From positions 4,820 through 68,819 of IMG/VR virus record IMGVR_UViG_3300043331_001086: a DNA stretch of 64,000 bases; one strand, 5' to 3'. A program made the position numbers and the translations under genes. Position 1 is the stretch's first letter; each line of letters opens with the position of its first letter. Of this stretch, positions 1 through 9,492 are shown in pieces. This stretch comes from a virus. The notes under the pieces are model-generated. The model was not told where the DNA came from. It searched no databases and worked only from the letters and a program-made list of their open reading frames with translations.

Positions 1-20
1 TTCACGGGGACCTCGGGCTG

Positions 21-230
21 ATGGCCGGAGGGTGCGGATGTGGCGGGGGCGGGGGGCTCACCGTGTCCACGAACGGGGACAGCGTGTCCGTCCAGCGGGC
101 GACCACCGCCGTGCCGGGGATGCCCCGCTACGAGGTGACCGACCCCGACGGGTCGGTGCACGAGTTCGCCACGTACGCCGACGCCCGGGTGCACAAGCAC
201 ACCTCCGGCGGGAAGCTCCGGGCGGTCTGA
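21..230 (+). CDS. small protein with N-terminal GCGC motif
   Basis: MAGGCGCGG...FATYADAR; resembles the next ORF; stop/start coupled (TGATG). Confidence 0.6.
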   Translation: MAGGCGCGGGGGLTVSTNGDSVSVQRATTAVPGMPRYEVTDPDGSVHEFATYADARVHKHTSGGKLRAV

Positions 231-433
231 TGGGCTGCGGGACGTGCGGGTCCGGTCAGCCGGTGGACACGACACCGCTCACGTCCGGGGACATCACCGC
301 CCCTGGGGCCCGGTTCGCGGTCACGACCGTCGAGCGCACCGAGGTGTTCGGGAGCTACGCCGCGGCCCGCGCGTGGCAGGCCGAGCACGGCGGGCACCTC
401 GGCGTGGTCCGGTCCGGTGGGGGTGTAGCGTGA
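230..433 (+). CDS. small protein, paralog of the upstream ORF
   Basis: MGCGTCGS...FGSYAAAR; ATG overlaps the upstream TGA. Confidence 0.6.
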   Translation: MGCGTCGSGQPVDTTPLTSGDITAPGARFAVTTVERTEVFGSYAAARAWQAEHGGHLGVVRSGGGVA

Positions 434-545
434 CCGGCGTCGACGGGGGTATGGCCCCCAGGCCCCCTGACCCCCGTATCGACAGTCCGACGGTCGCCGA
501 GACCCCTCCTGGCGGCCGTCGGCGCGTTCAACGAGAGGAGCCGTG

Positions 546-785
546 ATGGAGTTCGTGCTCAAGCGCGACGTACAGGCCGCGGCAGGCGGGCAGATGGTCA
601 CCGTGCCAGCGGGGTCGTCCCTGGCGGACATCTCCGCTGAGGTGCGCGACCAGCTGGCCCCCGACCACTTCGCCGCGAGCGACGGGTCGGACACCGTGCC
701 CCCGGACTGGCGGCCCCCCGAGGCCGCGGAACGGGACCAGGCCCAGATCGACGGCCTGGTCGACCTCGGTGTGCGGGAGGCGTGA
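546..785 (+). CDS. hypothetical virion-associated protein
   Basis: GAGAGGAG RBS before ATG; first gene of the structural block. Confidence 0.65.
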   Translation: MEFVLKRDVQAAAGGQMVTVPAGSSLADISAEVRDQLAPDHFAASDGSDTVPPDWRPPEAAERDQAQIDGLVDLGVREA

Positions 786-788
786 CCG

Positions 789-1208
789 ATGCCCTACGTC
801 GACTCGATCGAACAGGCCCTGCTCGACCATTTCTTCAACGACCCCGCGTACACTCCGGAGACGGCCGGGTCGCTGGACCTCGCGCTGTCGACCACCACGC
901 CGACGGACTCGGGCTCGAACTTCACCGAGCCGTCCGGCAACGGGTACGCCCGGGTCGACATCCCGATCGCGAGCATGGGCGCCGCGGCCGGGACCGCGCC
1001 GGCCGAGAAGTCCAACAGTGCGGCGCTCACGTTCCCCACCGCGTCCGGGTCGTGGGGGACCGTCACCCACTACGGGGTGATGAACTCGGGCGGCACGGTG
1101 CTCGCCTGGGCGGCGCTGGACACAGCGAAGGCCATCGGCAACGGGGACACCGCCTCGTTCGCGATCGGGGCCCTCGACTTCCGTCTCGGGAAGGGCACGC
1201 CCGGCTGA
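789..1208 (+). CDS. putative fibre/decoration structural protein
   Basis: EPSGNGYARV...LTFPTASGSWGTVTHYG motif typical of small phage fibre-associated proteins. Confidence 0.7.
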   Translation: MPYVDSIEQALLDHFFNDPAYTPETAGSLDLALSTTTPTDSGSNFTEPSGNGYARVDIPIASMGAAAGTAPAEKSNSAALTFPTASGSWGTVTHYGVMNSGGTVLAWAALDTAKAIGNGDTASFAIGALDFRLGKGTPG

Positions 1209-1223
1209 CCGGGGTGACCCCCC

Positions 1224-3446
1224 GTGGCGTTCCCCAGCCTCGTCGCTGAGGCGTCGTCCAAGACAGACACAGCGGGCACGTCGCACACCGTCGACATCCC
1301 CACCGGGTCGAACGGCCTGCTCGTCATGGCGTTCGGCACCCCGGGCAACTCGGCCCTGTCCGGCAACGACCTCGCGCTCTGGCGGCTCATCGGGACCGTG
1401 CAGGACTCGAACCCCGACGAGCGCCTCGCCGTGTACGCCCGGTCGGGGGCCGGGGTGTCCGGCACGATCACCGTCACCACCGCGGCGTCGGTCCGGTCGG
1501 CCCACCAGGTGTGGCGGTTCTCCGGCGCGACGATGCCCGAGCTCGTCGCGTTCGCGTCCGCCGCCGACGTGATCGACCCGCCCAACCTCGACCCGGCCGG
1601 GTTCGGGGCCGAGGACTTCGTGTGGCTCGCGCTCACGTGCCACACGAACGACGGCGCGGTCACCGACATCACCGGGTTCCCGTCCGGGTACACCGGCACC
1701 GGCGAGATCTCCACGGCGGGCACCGCGGCGGACGGGGTGGGGCTCGGGTGGGCCCGCCGGGACCTCAACGCGTCGGCCGAGAATCCGGGCGCGTTCACCG
1801 CGACACCGGGCGGGTCGCGGGCCACGGCCGTGACCCTCGCGATCCCACCCGCGGTCGCGGCGGCCCAGGTGACCCGCCTCGCAACCGGCGGCCGGGGCGC
1901 GGGCACGACCACGACGACGCCCACCTACCCGGCCGGGTCCACCGCGGCGGGGCGCCTCGCCGTCGCGCACCGGTCGATCAAGCCGTCGACCGCGACCGCC
2001 GCGGATGAGACCGGGTGGACGGATCGGCTCAACGTCACCGGCGGCACCGGCGCGTCGGCCGTCGACGCCGGGCAGACCCGGCTCAAGATCGACACCGACG
2101 AACTCGCCGGGGGTGAAGCCAACCCGACCTTCGACCAGGCGTCCACCCCGAACAGCGTGACGTCGGCCATCTGCGTGTTCGAGAAGGCCCCCTCGAGCGC
2201 GACGTGGGACATCGCCGTCACGAACGGCGACGACGCCACCCACGGGACCGGACGGTCGGCGACCGGCGGCACCCTCGCCTTGCAACCCGGCGACGTCGTG
2301 CTCGCCGTGTGCGCGTCGGACACCGACTCGGCGACCGCGTTCACGTCCCCGGCGATCACCGCGTCGGGCATCACGTTCGGCCCGACCACCCAGGCCCTTG
2401 CGCCTGGCGGGTCGGGCACCGGGAACGACGTCGGCTCGCATGTGTGGGAGGCCACCGTCATCGCCGGCACGGGCACGGTGGCCCCGTCCCTGTCGCTCAC
2501 CGGCGGCGCGAACAACTGCGGGCAGACCGGGTTCGTCCGGCTCCGGGCCGTCGGCGGCGGGGCCGTGGACCTCGCGGGTTCCAGCAACGCCGTCGCCGCC
2601 CAGGCCGGGAACCTCGCGCTGGCGCTCCCCCTCGGCGGGGCGTCGGGCGCGGTCGCCGCGCAAGCCGGGGGCCTGGCCGTCGCCCGCCCGCTCGCCGGCG
2701 CGAGCTCGGCCGTCGCCCAGCAGGCCGGGGACCTCACCGTCGAGGAGGGGTTCACGACCCTGGCCGGCGCGGTCGAGGCCATCGGCGCCCAGGCCGGGCA
2801 CCTGATCGTCGCCCGTCCCCTGACCGGCGCGTCCGCCGCGGTCGCCGCACAGGTCGGCGCGCTCGCGGTGGCCCGTCCCCTGTCGGGCGCGGCCCTGGCC
2901 GTTGCGGCCCAGGCCGGTCACCTGCGCGTCGCCATCGGCCTGGTCGGCGCGTCGTCGGCTGTCGTCGCGATGGCCGGGGACCTGTCCCTCGAGGGCGCCG
3001 TGGACCTCGAGGGGATCGTGGCTGTCGTCGCTGGTCAGGCGGGCGCGCTCGGCCTGGGCCGGTCCCTCGAGGGGCACGCGGAAGCGGTCGCTGCCATGGC
3101 CGGGGCGCTCACCGTCGACCGCGGGCTCGCGGGTCCGGTGCTCGTGGTCGCCGACCACACCGGCACCCTCACCCGGCAGCTGGGACTCGGCGGCCCTGTG
3201 GCCGCTGTGGCCGCCCTGGCCGGGGTGATGGGTGTCCAGTACCCCCTGACCGGTGCCGTGGCCGTGGTGGCCGACCTGGCCGGTCTGGTGGGCATCCTGC
3301 CCGCCGTCCTGACGGGGGAACACCTCGGCGCGGTGGGGGAGCGCGCCTACCTCGGCTCAAGCAACGGCACCGGGTACCTCGGCCGGGCCGGTGCCGGCAC
3401 CCACCTCGGCGCGGTCACCACGCCACCCCCGATCGGCCCGGACTGA
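1224..3446 (+). CDS. putative fibre protein, Ala/Gly/Thr-rich with ~20-aa C-terminal repeats
   Basis: 740-aa ORF with repeated LAGASxAVAAQAGxLxV units. Confidence 0.65.
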   Translation: MAFPSLVAEASSKTDTAGTSHTVDIPTGSNGLLVMAFGTPGNSALSGNDLALWRLIGTVQDSNPDERLAVYARSGAGVSGTITVTTAASVRSAHQVWRFSGATMPELVAFASAADVIDPPNLDPAGFGAEDFVWLALTCHTNDGAVTDITGFPSGYTGTGEISTAGTAADGVGLGWARRDLNASAENPGAFTATPGGSRATAVTLAIPPAVAAAQVTRLATGGRGAGTTTTTPTYPAGSTAAGRLAVAHRSIKPSTATAADETGWTDRLNVTGGTGASAVDAGQTRLKIDTDELAGGEANPTFDQASTPNSVTSAICVFEKAPSSATWDIAVTNGDDATHGTGRSATGGTLALQPGDVVLAVCASDTDSATAFTSPAITASGITFGPTTQALAPGGSGTGNDVGSHVWEATVIAGTGTVAPSLSLTGGANNCGQTGFVRLRAVGGGAVDLAGSSNAVAAQAGNLALALPLGGASGAVAAQAGGLAVARPLAGASSAVAQQAGDLTVEEGFTTLAGAVEAIGAQAGHLIVARPLTGASAAVAAQVGALAVARPLSGAALAVAAQAGHLRVAIGLVGASSAVVAMAGDLSLEGAVDLEGIVAVVAGQAGALGLGRSLEGHAEAVAAMAGALTVDRGLAGPVLVVADHTGTLTRQLGLGGPVAAVAALAGVMGVQYPLTGAVAVVADLAGLVGILPAVLTGEHLGAVGERAYLGSSNGTGYLGRAGAGTHLGAVTTPPPIGPD

Positions 3447-3462
3447 GGAGTACGATCCCGCC

Positions 3463-5136
3463 ATGCATCTCCCGGTGACGGTCATCCCCAGGGATGCGCT
3501 CCGGCTCGTGGTCACCCAGGGGGCGGAACTCCCGAACCGCACGCTCACCTGGCTGAACCCGGCCACCGGCGCACCGATCCCCTTCGCCAGCGACCCGCAC
3601 ACCTTCGAGCTCCGTGTTGCCGCGGGGGACACGATGTTCGTCAAGACCGGCGGGATCGTCGGTGTCGACGGCGACCCGAACGTGATGATCAGCTTCGCGG
3701 CCGACGAGTTGCTGATGCTCGCGCCCGCCCACTACCCGGCCCAGCTGTGGGCCCGGCAACAGTCGACGGGTCTCGACCAGGACCCCATCAACATCCGGCT
3801 CGTGGTCGAGCACGGCATCTCGTCCGAGGACATGGTGCCGTTCCCCGCCGCCGCGCCGGCCGAGGCGTTCAACGTCCTGGCCCCCGGGATGGTGGCCCGC
3901 ACCCGGGCCCTGCTCGCCGAGGCCGCGACCCGGCGGGTGTTCGTGCAGGCGTGGGGCGGATCGGTCACCCAGGGCGACCCCGGCGCCTCGGATCCGCTCA
4001 CGACCGCGTGGCCGTGGATCCTCGCCGCGGCCCTGCGCGACCGGTACGGCAACGGGGGGAGCGGCTACTGGAACGTCGGCTACGCGGCCCGCACCGGCAG
4101 CTGGGTGATCCAGGGCTGGCCCGGGTTCGGGGCCGGGGAGTGGCGCGCCACCGCCGCGGCCACGATCACGTGGGCCGACGTCGTGGGCACCACCGTGCGG
4201 ATCTACCACCGGAACGTCGGCGTCACCGGCAGCTTCCGGTGGCGGATCGACGGCGGCTCGTTCACGGTCGTGACCCCACCGACCGGGTTCGGACTCGAGC
4301 CCGGCACCGTCGAGGTGACCGGGCTGGCCGACGGACCTCACACCGTCGAGGTGGAGTGGGTGTCCGGGACCGTCGGGATCAACGGGGTCGAGGGCCGGCG
4401 CGCCACCGGCGTGATCATGCAGGTCTGCGCGGTTGGCGGCCGGGGGTTCACCGACTACGACCGGAAGGCCGTCCGCCGGGCCGCGATCGGCATCACCAAC
4501 GCGTCGCAGACCATCACGTCCACCGCGCCCGGCCACTTCACGAGCTCGGACGTCGGCCGGTTCCTGCACACCTTCGCCGGGGGCGCCGGGATCCCGACGG
4601 ACGCGTCGATCACCGCCGTGGCGTCGGCGACGTCCGCGACCATCTCCGCGCCGGCGACCGCGACCGGCACCCGCACTGTCGACTTCTGCATCGGGCGCCC
4701 GTCCGACGAGGGCTGGCCGTCCATCACTCGCGGCAACGTGTTCGCCCCGGGCCTGCTCGACACCGGTACCCCCGGGGCCGATCTGATGATCTGCGAGTTC
4801 GGGATCAACGACGGCGGCGGCGGGGACACGACCCTCGACCGGGCCGGGCGCGGGATCGACAAGGTGCTCGGCTCGGCCGCTGGACCTCGCGAGGTGGTCG
4901 TGATGGGCGGGCATCACGGCCTGTTCTCAGACCAGTCCGGGCCCTACATCATGCGCGGGCTCGGGCAGGCCGTGGCCGCCGCGTGCTCGGGTGCGTACGT
5001 CGACATCTGGGGGCGGGGCCGCCGGTCCTTCACGTTCTGGAACGACGCGGGCCACTTCTTTGACCCGGTGCACCCCTCGGACTCGGGGCACGCCATCATG
5101 GCCGAGGCCCTCATCGACCTGCTGGTCGGAGCCTGA
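3463..5136 (+). CDS. structural protein with SGNH/GDSL hydrolase domain
   Basis: GGSVTQG, GIND and DPVHP blocks; GAGGAG upstream of ATG 3463. Confidence 0.7.
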   Translation: MHLPVTVIPRDALRLVVTQGAELPNRTLTWLNPATGAPIPFASDPHTFELRVAAGDTMFVKTGGIVGVDGDPNVMISFAADELLMLAPAHYPAQLWARQQSTGLDQDPINIRLVVEHGISSEDMVPFPAAAPAEAFNVLAPGMVARTRALLAEAATRRVFVQAWGGSVTQGDPGASDPLTTAWPWILAAALRDRYGNGGSGYWNVGYAARTGSWVIQGWPGFGAGEWRATAAATITWADVVGTTVRIYHRNVGVTGSFRWRIDGGSFTVVTPPTGFGLEPGTVEVTGLADGPHTVEVEWVSGTVGINGVEGRRATGVIMQVCAVGGRGFTDYDRKAVRRAAIGITNASQTITSTAPGHFTSSDVGRFLHTFAGGAGIPTDASITAVASATSATISAPATATGTRTVDFCIGRPSDEGWPSITRGNVFAPGLLDTGTPGADLMICEFGINDGGGGDTTLDRAGRGIDKVLGSAAGPREVVVMGGHHGLFSDQSGPYIMRGLGQAVAAACSGAYVDIWGRGRRSFTFWNDAGHFFDPVHPSDSGHAIMAEALIDLLVGA

Positions 5137-5340
5137 ACAGGCGCAGCGCCCGGAACCCTCGAGCGCGGCACCGCGGGCAGTGCCCCTTGCCCCGCCGCCC
5201 ACACGCCGGGCACGTCGCCGGCACCGCCCTGCGCACCGGCCCCAGAGCGCGCCCGTCTGACGTCCAGCACCACCGGCACCCCGACAGGCCGTGAGCACAC
5301 CGGACCCCGGGCACGACACGAGGCTACCCGGCCAGGGTGC

Positions 5341-5370
5341 TTGACAGCCGGTCGCGCTCGTGGCGAGACT
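5341..5370 (+). promoter_or_regulatory. possible sigma-A-like promoter for the capsid operon
   Basis: TTGACA-N18-GAGACT in the intergenic gap upstream of the capsid gene. Confidence 0.4.
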
Positions 5371-5495
5371 CTCCCCCGAGACACCACCCGCGTCGGGAGC
5401 CTGGCCTAGCCGCCCCGCCGAGGGCCCGCTCGATCTGGTCGAGCCGTTCGGATGGCACGCGCCACGCGTGCCGGACCTGAAACGAGGACCAGACG

Positions 5496-7436
5496 ATGCG
5501 CGAGACCTTCACCCTGGCGACCGACAGCACGCACGGCATGGTGTGGCTCCACACCTCCGGTCGCCGCTACCCGGTCATCACCGGTGGCGACGGCGAGCAG
5601 ACCGAGGGCGAGCCGTTCCAGATCCCCGAGGATCTGACGACACTGGACGACGCCGACCTGGCGGCCATCACCGAGCGGGCACAGGCCGCGCTCGACGTGC
5701 TGGTCGAGAACGCCGAGGCGGGCCGGGCCGAGGGCCAGCTGCCATCCCAGGACGACGTGCAGACGGCCCGGGACCTGGCCGGCGCGATCAACGACCTCAA
5801 GGCCGAGCGGGAGAGCCGCGACAACGCCGCGGCAGAGCGGGATCGAGAGTTCCAGGAGGCCGTCGCCTCGGCCCGTCCCACCGCGTCCGACACCGGTGAC
5901 GGTGGCGACGACGGCGGTGAGGGGACCGACGGGGGCGACGGCGAGGGCGCTGGGGAGGGCGGCGGTGACACCGGTGACGACGGCGCCGGTGAGGACGGCG
6001 GGGCCGGTCAGGAGGCGAGCGAGGGGGAGCTCGTGAACGCCGCCGCTGGCCGGTCCCGTGGTCCGCTGCGTGTCGCGGTCACCCCGCGCCGGCCCACGCT
6101 CAACCCGTCGCTGCGGGACATCGGGCGCAACGCCCCGGACCCCGGCGTCGAGGACCGGCGCCCGAACGTGGTGATCACCGCCGCGGCGGACGTGCCCCAC
6201 TTCGCGAACGGGGAGACGATCGCCACGCTCGAGGACCTGGCGAAGGCCGCGACGGCGAAGGCCAACAGCCTCGGCGTCGGCAACGGCAACCCGCACTTCG
6301 TCCCGCTGGCGAAGATCAAGCGGGCGTTCCCGACGGTGTTCGACGCGGACCAGATGACCCCGCAGCAGGTGCGGGGCGCGTGGGACGACATGGTGGAGCC
6401 CTGGCTCAAGGCCGCCGGGGGCATGGAGGCCCTCGTCGCCGCTGGTGGCTGGTGCGCCCCGTCGGAGATCCGCTACGAGTTCTTCAACATCACCGACGTG
6501 GCGGGCATGGTCGACCTGCCCACCTTCGGCGTGAACCGCGGCGGGCTCAAGTGGCCCCAGTCGCTGAGCCTGTTCGACATCTTCGCCGCCGCCGGTGGCG
6601 CGGCGTCGGGCCTGGCGACGAACGCCACGATGCCGTGGGAGTGGACCGAGACCGACGACATCGCGGCGTCGACCGGCTCCCCGCAGAAGGCCTGCCTGCG
6701 TCCCGCGTGCCCCAGCTTCGATGAGGCCCGGCTCCGGGTGTTCGGCCTGTGCGTCACGGCCGGCAACCTCACCGAGGACGCGTTCCCGGAGCTCATCCAG
6801 GACTTCATTGCGAAGGTGGTCGTCGCCCACGCCCGGGTGATCAACCGGCGTCTGCTGCTGCAGATGGCCGCCGCGTCCACCGCCACGACCCCGACCGTCT
6901 CCGGTGAGACCGCGGTCACCGCGGCCATGGGCGGCCTCGAGCTCAACGCCATCGACTACCGGGAGAAGCACGGGATGGCCCCCGAGGCCGTCCTCGAGGT
7001 GGTCCTCCCGTCGTGGATCCGGGGCGTGTGGCGCTCGGACCTCGCGAAGCGCAACGGCGAGGCGAACCTCGAGGTGGCCGACGCGCAGCTGATGGACATG
7101 CTCGACGTCCGTCGCCTGCGCGGCCAGTTCGTGCAGGACTGGCAGACCCGCCTCGCCACCGGCATCGCGCCCGTGGGCGGCGGCATCCCGACGAACTGGC
7201 CGACGACCGTCCAGGCGATGATGTACGCGCCGGCGACGTTCGGTCGGGGCAACGGGATGACCCTCGACCTCGGCGTGGTCCGCGACTCGGTGCTCAACCG
7301 GTCGAACGACCACACGGCCGCATGGTCGGAGGAGGCCACGATGCTGGCGAAGTTCGGCCACGAGTCCCGGCTCATCACGCTCAACTCGGTCGCCGGTGGT
7401 GCCACCGGTGCCCAGGCCGCCCACACCGGCGCCTGA
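5496..7436 (+). CDS. major capsid (hexamer) protein with N-terminal scaffold-like region
   Basis: ALVAAGGWCAPSE and LDLGVVRDSVLN motifs of actinophage HK97-fold capsids; acidic coiled-coil N-terminus. Confidence 0.9.
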   Translation: MRETFTLATDSTHGMVWLHTSGRRYPVITGGDGEQTEGEPFQIPEDLTTLDDADLAAITERAQAALDVLVENAEAGRAEGQLPSQDDVQTARDLAGAINDLKAERESRDNAAAERDREFQEAVASARPTASDTGDGGDDGGEGTDGGDGEGAGEGGGDTGDDGAGEDGGAGQEASEGELVNAAAGRSRGPLRVAVTPRRPTLNPSLRDIGRNAPDPGVEDRRPNVVITAAADVPHFANGETIATLEDLAKAATAKANSLGVGNGNPHFVPLAKIKRAFPTVFDADQMTPQQVRGAWDDMVEPWLKAAGGMEALVAAGGWCAPSEIRYEFFNITDVAGMVDLPTFGVNRGGLKWPQSLSLFDIFAAAGGAASGLATNATMPWEWTETDDIAASTGSPQKACLRPACPSFDEARLRVFGLCVTAGNLTEDAFPELIQDFIAKVVVAHARVINRRLLLQMAAASTATTPTVSGETAVTAAMGGLELNAIDYREKHGMAPEAVLEVVLPSWIRGVWRSDLAKRNGEANLEVADAQLMDMLDVRRLRGQFVQDWQTRLATGIAPVGGGIPTNWPTTVQAMMYAPATFGRGNGMTLDLGVVRDSVLNRSNDHTAAWSEEATMLAKFGHESRLITLNSVAGGATGAQAAHTGA

Positions 7437-7479
7437 TCCGAGGGCGACGTGAACCCACGACCCACAGGGGAGGTGACCG

Positions 7480-8400
7480 GTGCCCGCTAACACGCCGTTC
7501 GTGGTGGTGGACGGGCCCCGGTTCACGCCCCTGGGGTACGGGCTCCTGGCCGCCGCTCAGGTGGTGGACGACCCGAACCCCCACTGGCAGGTCGGCACGA
7601 AGTTCCAGCCCGACGCCTGCGACGCGGGCAAGGCCGTCACGACGTTCTGCGTCGCGGGGGGCCCGGCCACCGGCACCGGCGAGAAGATCCCGACGGTCAC
7701 CGGCGCCGGGTCCTCGGCGGCTGAGCCGTTCACTGTGTACGCGTTCCACAACTGCTCGCCGGTCGGGTGGGGGGACGACCTCACCGACTACCAGGCTCGG
7801 GCCACCCGGCAGCTGGACCGCGGCGAGGGGCGCGTGGTCGAGCGGATGTTCTGGACGGGGACGCCCGACGTCGGGCCGACGATCTTCCCGCACCTCGCCC
7901 ACGACGCGACGGTCACCGCGACGGCCGACGGCGCCTCGACCGTCACCCTGCAGACCGCCGCGAGCGTGGTCACCGGCGGGACGGCGGTCACCCCGGTCGT
8001 CGCGCTCTCACTCCTCGAGGGGGCCCTCGCCTCGTGCTACGGCGGCGAGGGTGTGATCCACGTCCCGTTCGCCGCGGTCGCGCTCCTCGCCGAGCATGGC
8101 CTGCTCCGCGTCCAGGGACCCCAGCTGCGCACGCTCGGCGGGCACATCGTGGCCGCCCACGCGGCCGGGTCGACACACGGCCCCAACGGGTCACCGGCGT
8201 CGGCCGGGGAGGCCTGGTGGTACGCCACCGGCGCTGTGGTGGCCCGCCGGAGCGCGATCAAGCCGACCGGCGTGCGGTCGGCCCGGGACTTCCTCGGCCG
8301 GCGCGACAACTCGACGGTGTTCGTGGTCGAGCGGACCTTCGTCATCGACTGGGACTGCTGCCACTTCGCCGCCCAGGTGGACATGGCAGGCGGGGCGTGA
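7480..8400 (+). CDS. capsid pentamer/minor capsid protein
   Basis: follows the major capsid gene; YGLL...PFTVYA...GVIH...VERT pattern. Confidence 0.7.
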   Translation: MPANTPFVVVDGPRFTPLGYGLLAAAQVVDDPNPHWQVGTKFQPDACDAGKAVTTFCVAGGPATGTGEKIPTVTGAGSSAAEPFTVYAFHNCSPVGWGDDLTDYQARATRQLDRGEGRVVERMFWTGTPDVGPTIFPHLAHDATVTATADGASTVTLQTAASVVTGGTAVTPVVALSLLEGALASCYGGEGVIHVPFAAVALLAEHGLLRVQGPQLRTLGGHIVAAHAAGSTHGPNGSPASAGEAWWYATGAVVARRSAIKPTGVRSARDFLGRRDNSTVFVVERTFVIDWDCCHFAAQVDMAGGA

Positions 8401-8825
8401 TGATCGGCGACCGCCTACAGGTTGGCGACAACCGCTTCGACTACGTGATCGGCCTGCTGATCGACGGGGGCCTGGTCCCAGACGTGGACTTCATGCCCAC
8501 CGGCGGCAACGAGGTGCTGATCGCCCAGGGGGCCTGGCCCCGCCTCGACGCCGACACCCAGCATGAGATCACCCGGTTCGTGCCGGGCATCAAGATCGTC
8601 CCTGAGCCTCCCGGTGGTGGGGACGACCCCGAGGCCCTGACGGAGCACGGGGGTTCGTCTCCGTCGGGCCGAGGGGACACCGGCGACGTCCCGGTGGCGC
8701 CGCCGCGGTCAGGGGCGGGCTCGGGGCGCGATGCCTGGGCCAGCTACGCCCGCGAGCTCGGCCTTGAGGTGACCCCGGACCTCAACCGTGACGACATCAT
8801 CGCTCTCGTGGAGGAGTCACCATGA
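8400..8825 (+). CDS. hypothetical head-region protein
   Basis: coupled TGATG start; C-terminal PPRSG..GRDAWASYA..RDDIIA helical module. Confidence 0.6.
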   Translation: MIGDRLQVGDNRFDYVIGLLIDGGLVPDVDFMPTGGNEVLIAQGAWPRLDADTQHEITRFVPGIKIVPEPPGGGDDPEALTEHGGSSPSGRGDTGDVPVAPPRSGAGSGRDAWASYARELGLEVTPDLNRDDIIALVEESP

Positions 8826-9475
8826 CCGCTGAGTGCATCGCCCCGATCCAGGGGACCCTGGCCCGGATCATCCGGGAGAACGTCTGCGGGCTGCCGGTCA
8901 CCGGCGCCGGGTCGCTCCTCGTGTTCGAGGGCTTCGTGCAGGTGCAGGTGGAGCCCCAGTACGAGGACGGCACGGTCTACCGGAAGCGCAACGCCCAGGG
9001 CGTGAACTGCGTCAACCGGCGCGGCAACGACCAGTTCGAGCGCGACCAGCTGACCATCGAGTTCTGCGCCATCAACCCCGACGGCGTGGCCATCACGACC
9101 GGCCAGTCGATCATCACGTCGGGCGCGCCGGCGTCGGGCCTGGGGTTCTGGGTGAAGGAAGGGCCCATCTCGGCCCGGTGGTCCCTCGAGGTGTGGCAGG
9201 CCGACTCCGAGACCTGCACCGGTGCCACCCCGCGGTACGCCTACCACGCGTGGCCCCACCTCGCCGCGGGGCGGCTCAACTCCTTCACGATCCAGGACGA
9301 CAACATCGAGTGGTCGATCACGGCGTCGACGGAGAAGGCCAACACGGCGTGGGCGCCTCCACTCCCGTCGCCGATCCCACTGCCGGTCCCGCTCAACGCG
9401 CACCGCGGGTTCTACATCACCCGCGTCACGCCGCCAGCGGTCACGGGACCGGACTGCGGCGCGCAGACCCTGTAG
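8822..9475 (+). CDS. major tail protein
   Basis: CGLPV..GFVQVQVEPQYEDG..RNAQGVNC..SLEVW pattern; position. Confidence 0.8.
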   Translation: MTAECIAPIQGTLARIIRENVCGLPVTGAGSLLVFEGFVQVQVEPQYEDGTVYRKRNAQGVNCVNRRGNDQFERDQLTIEFCAINPDGVAITTGQSIITSGAPASGLGFWVKEGPISARWSLEVWQADSETCTGATPRYAYHAWPHLAAGRLNSFTIQDDNIEWSITASTEKANTAWAPPLPSPIPLPVPLNAHRGFYITRVTPPAVTGPDCGAQTL

Positions 9476-9492
9476 CCATGGCCGCCTGAGCC

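Noticed and set aside
5137-5335. GC-rich intergenic tract with recurring GCACCG words
   Set aside because: Short, irregular and expected at this GC content; no clear period
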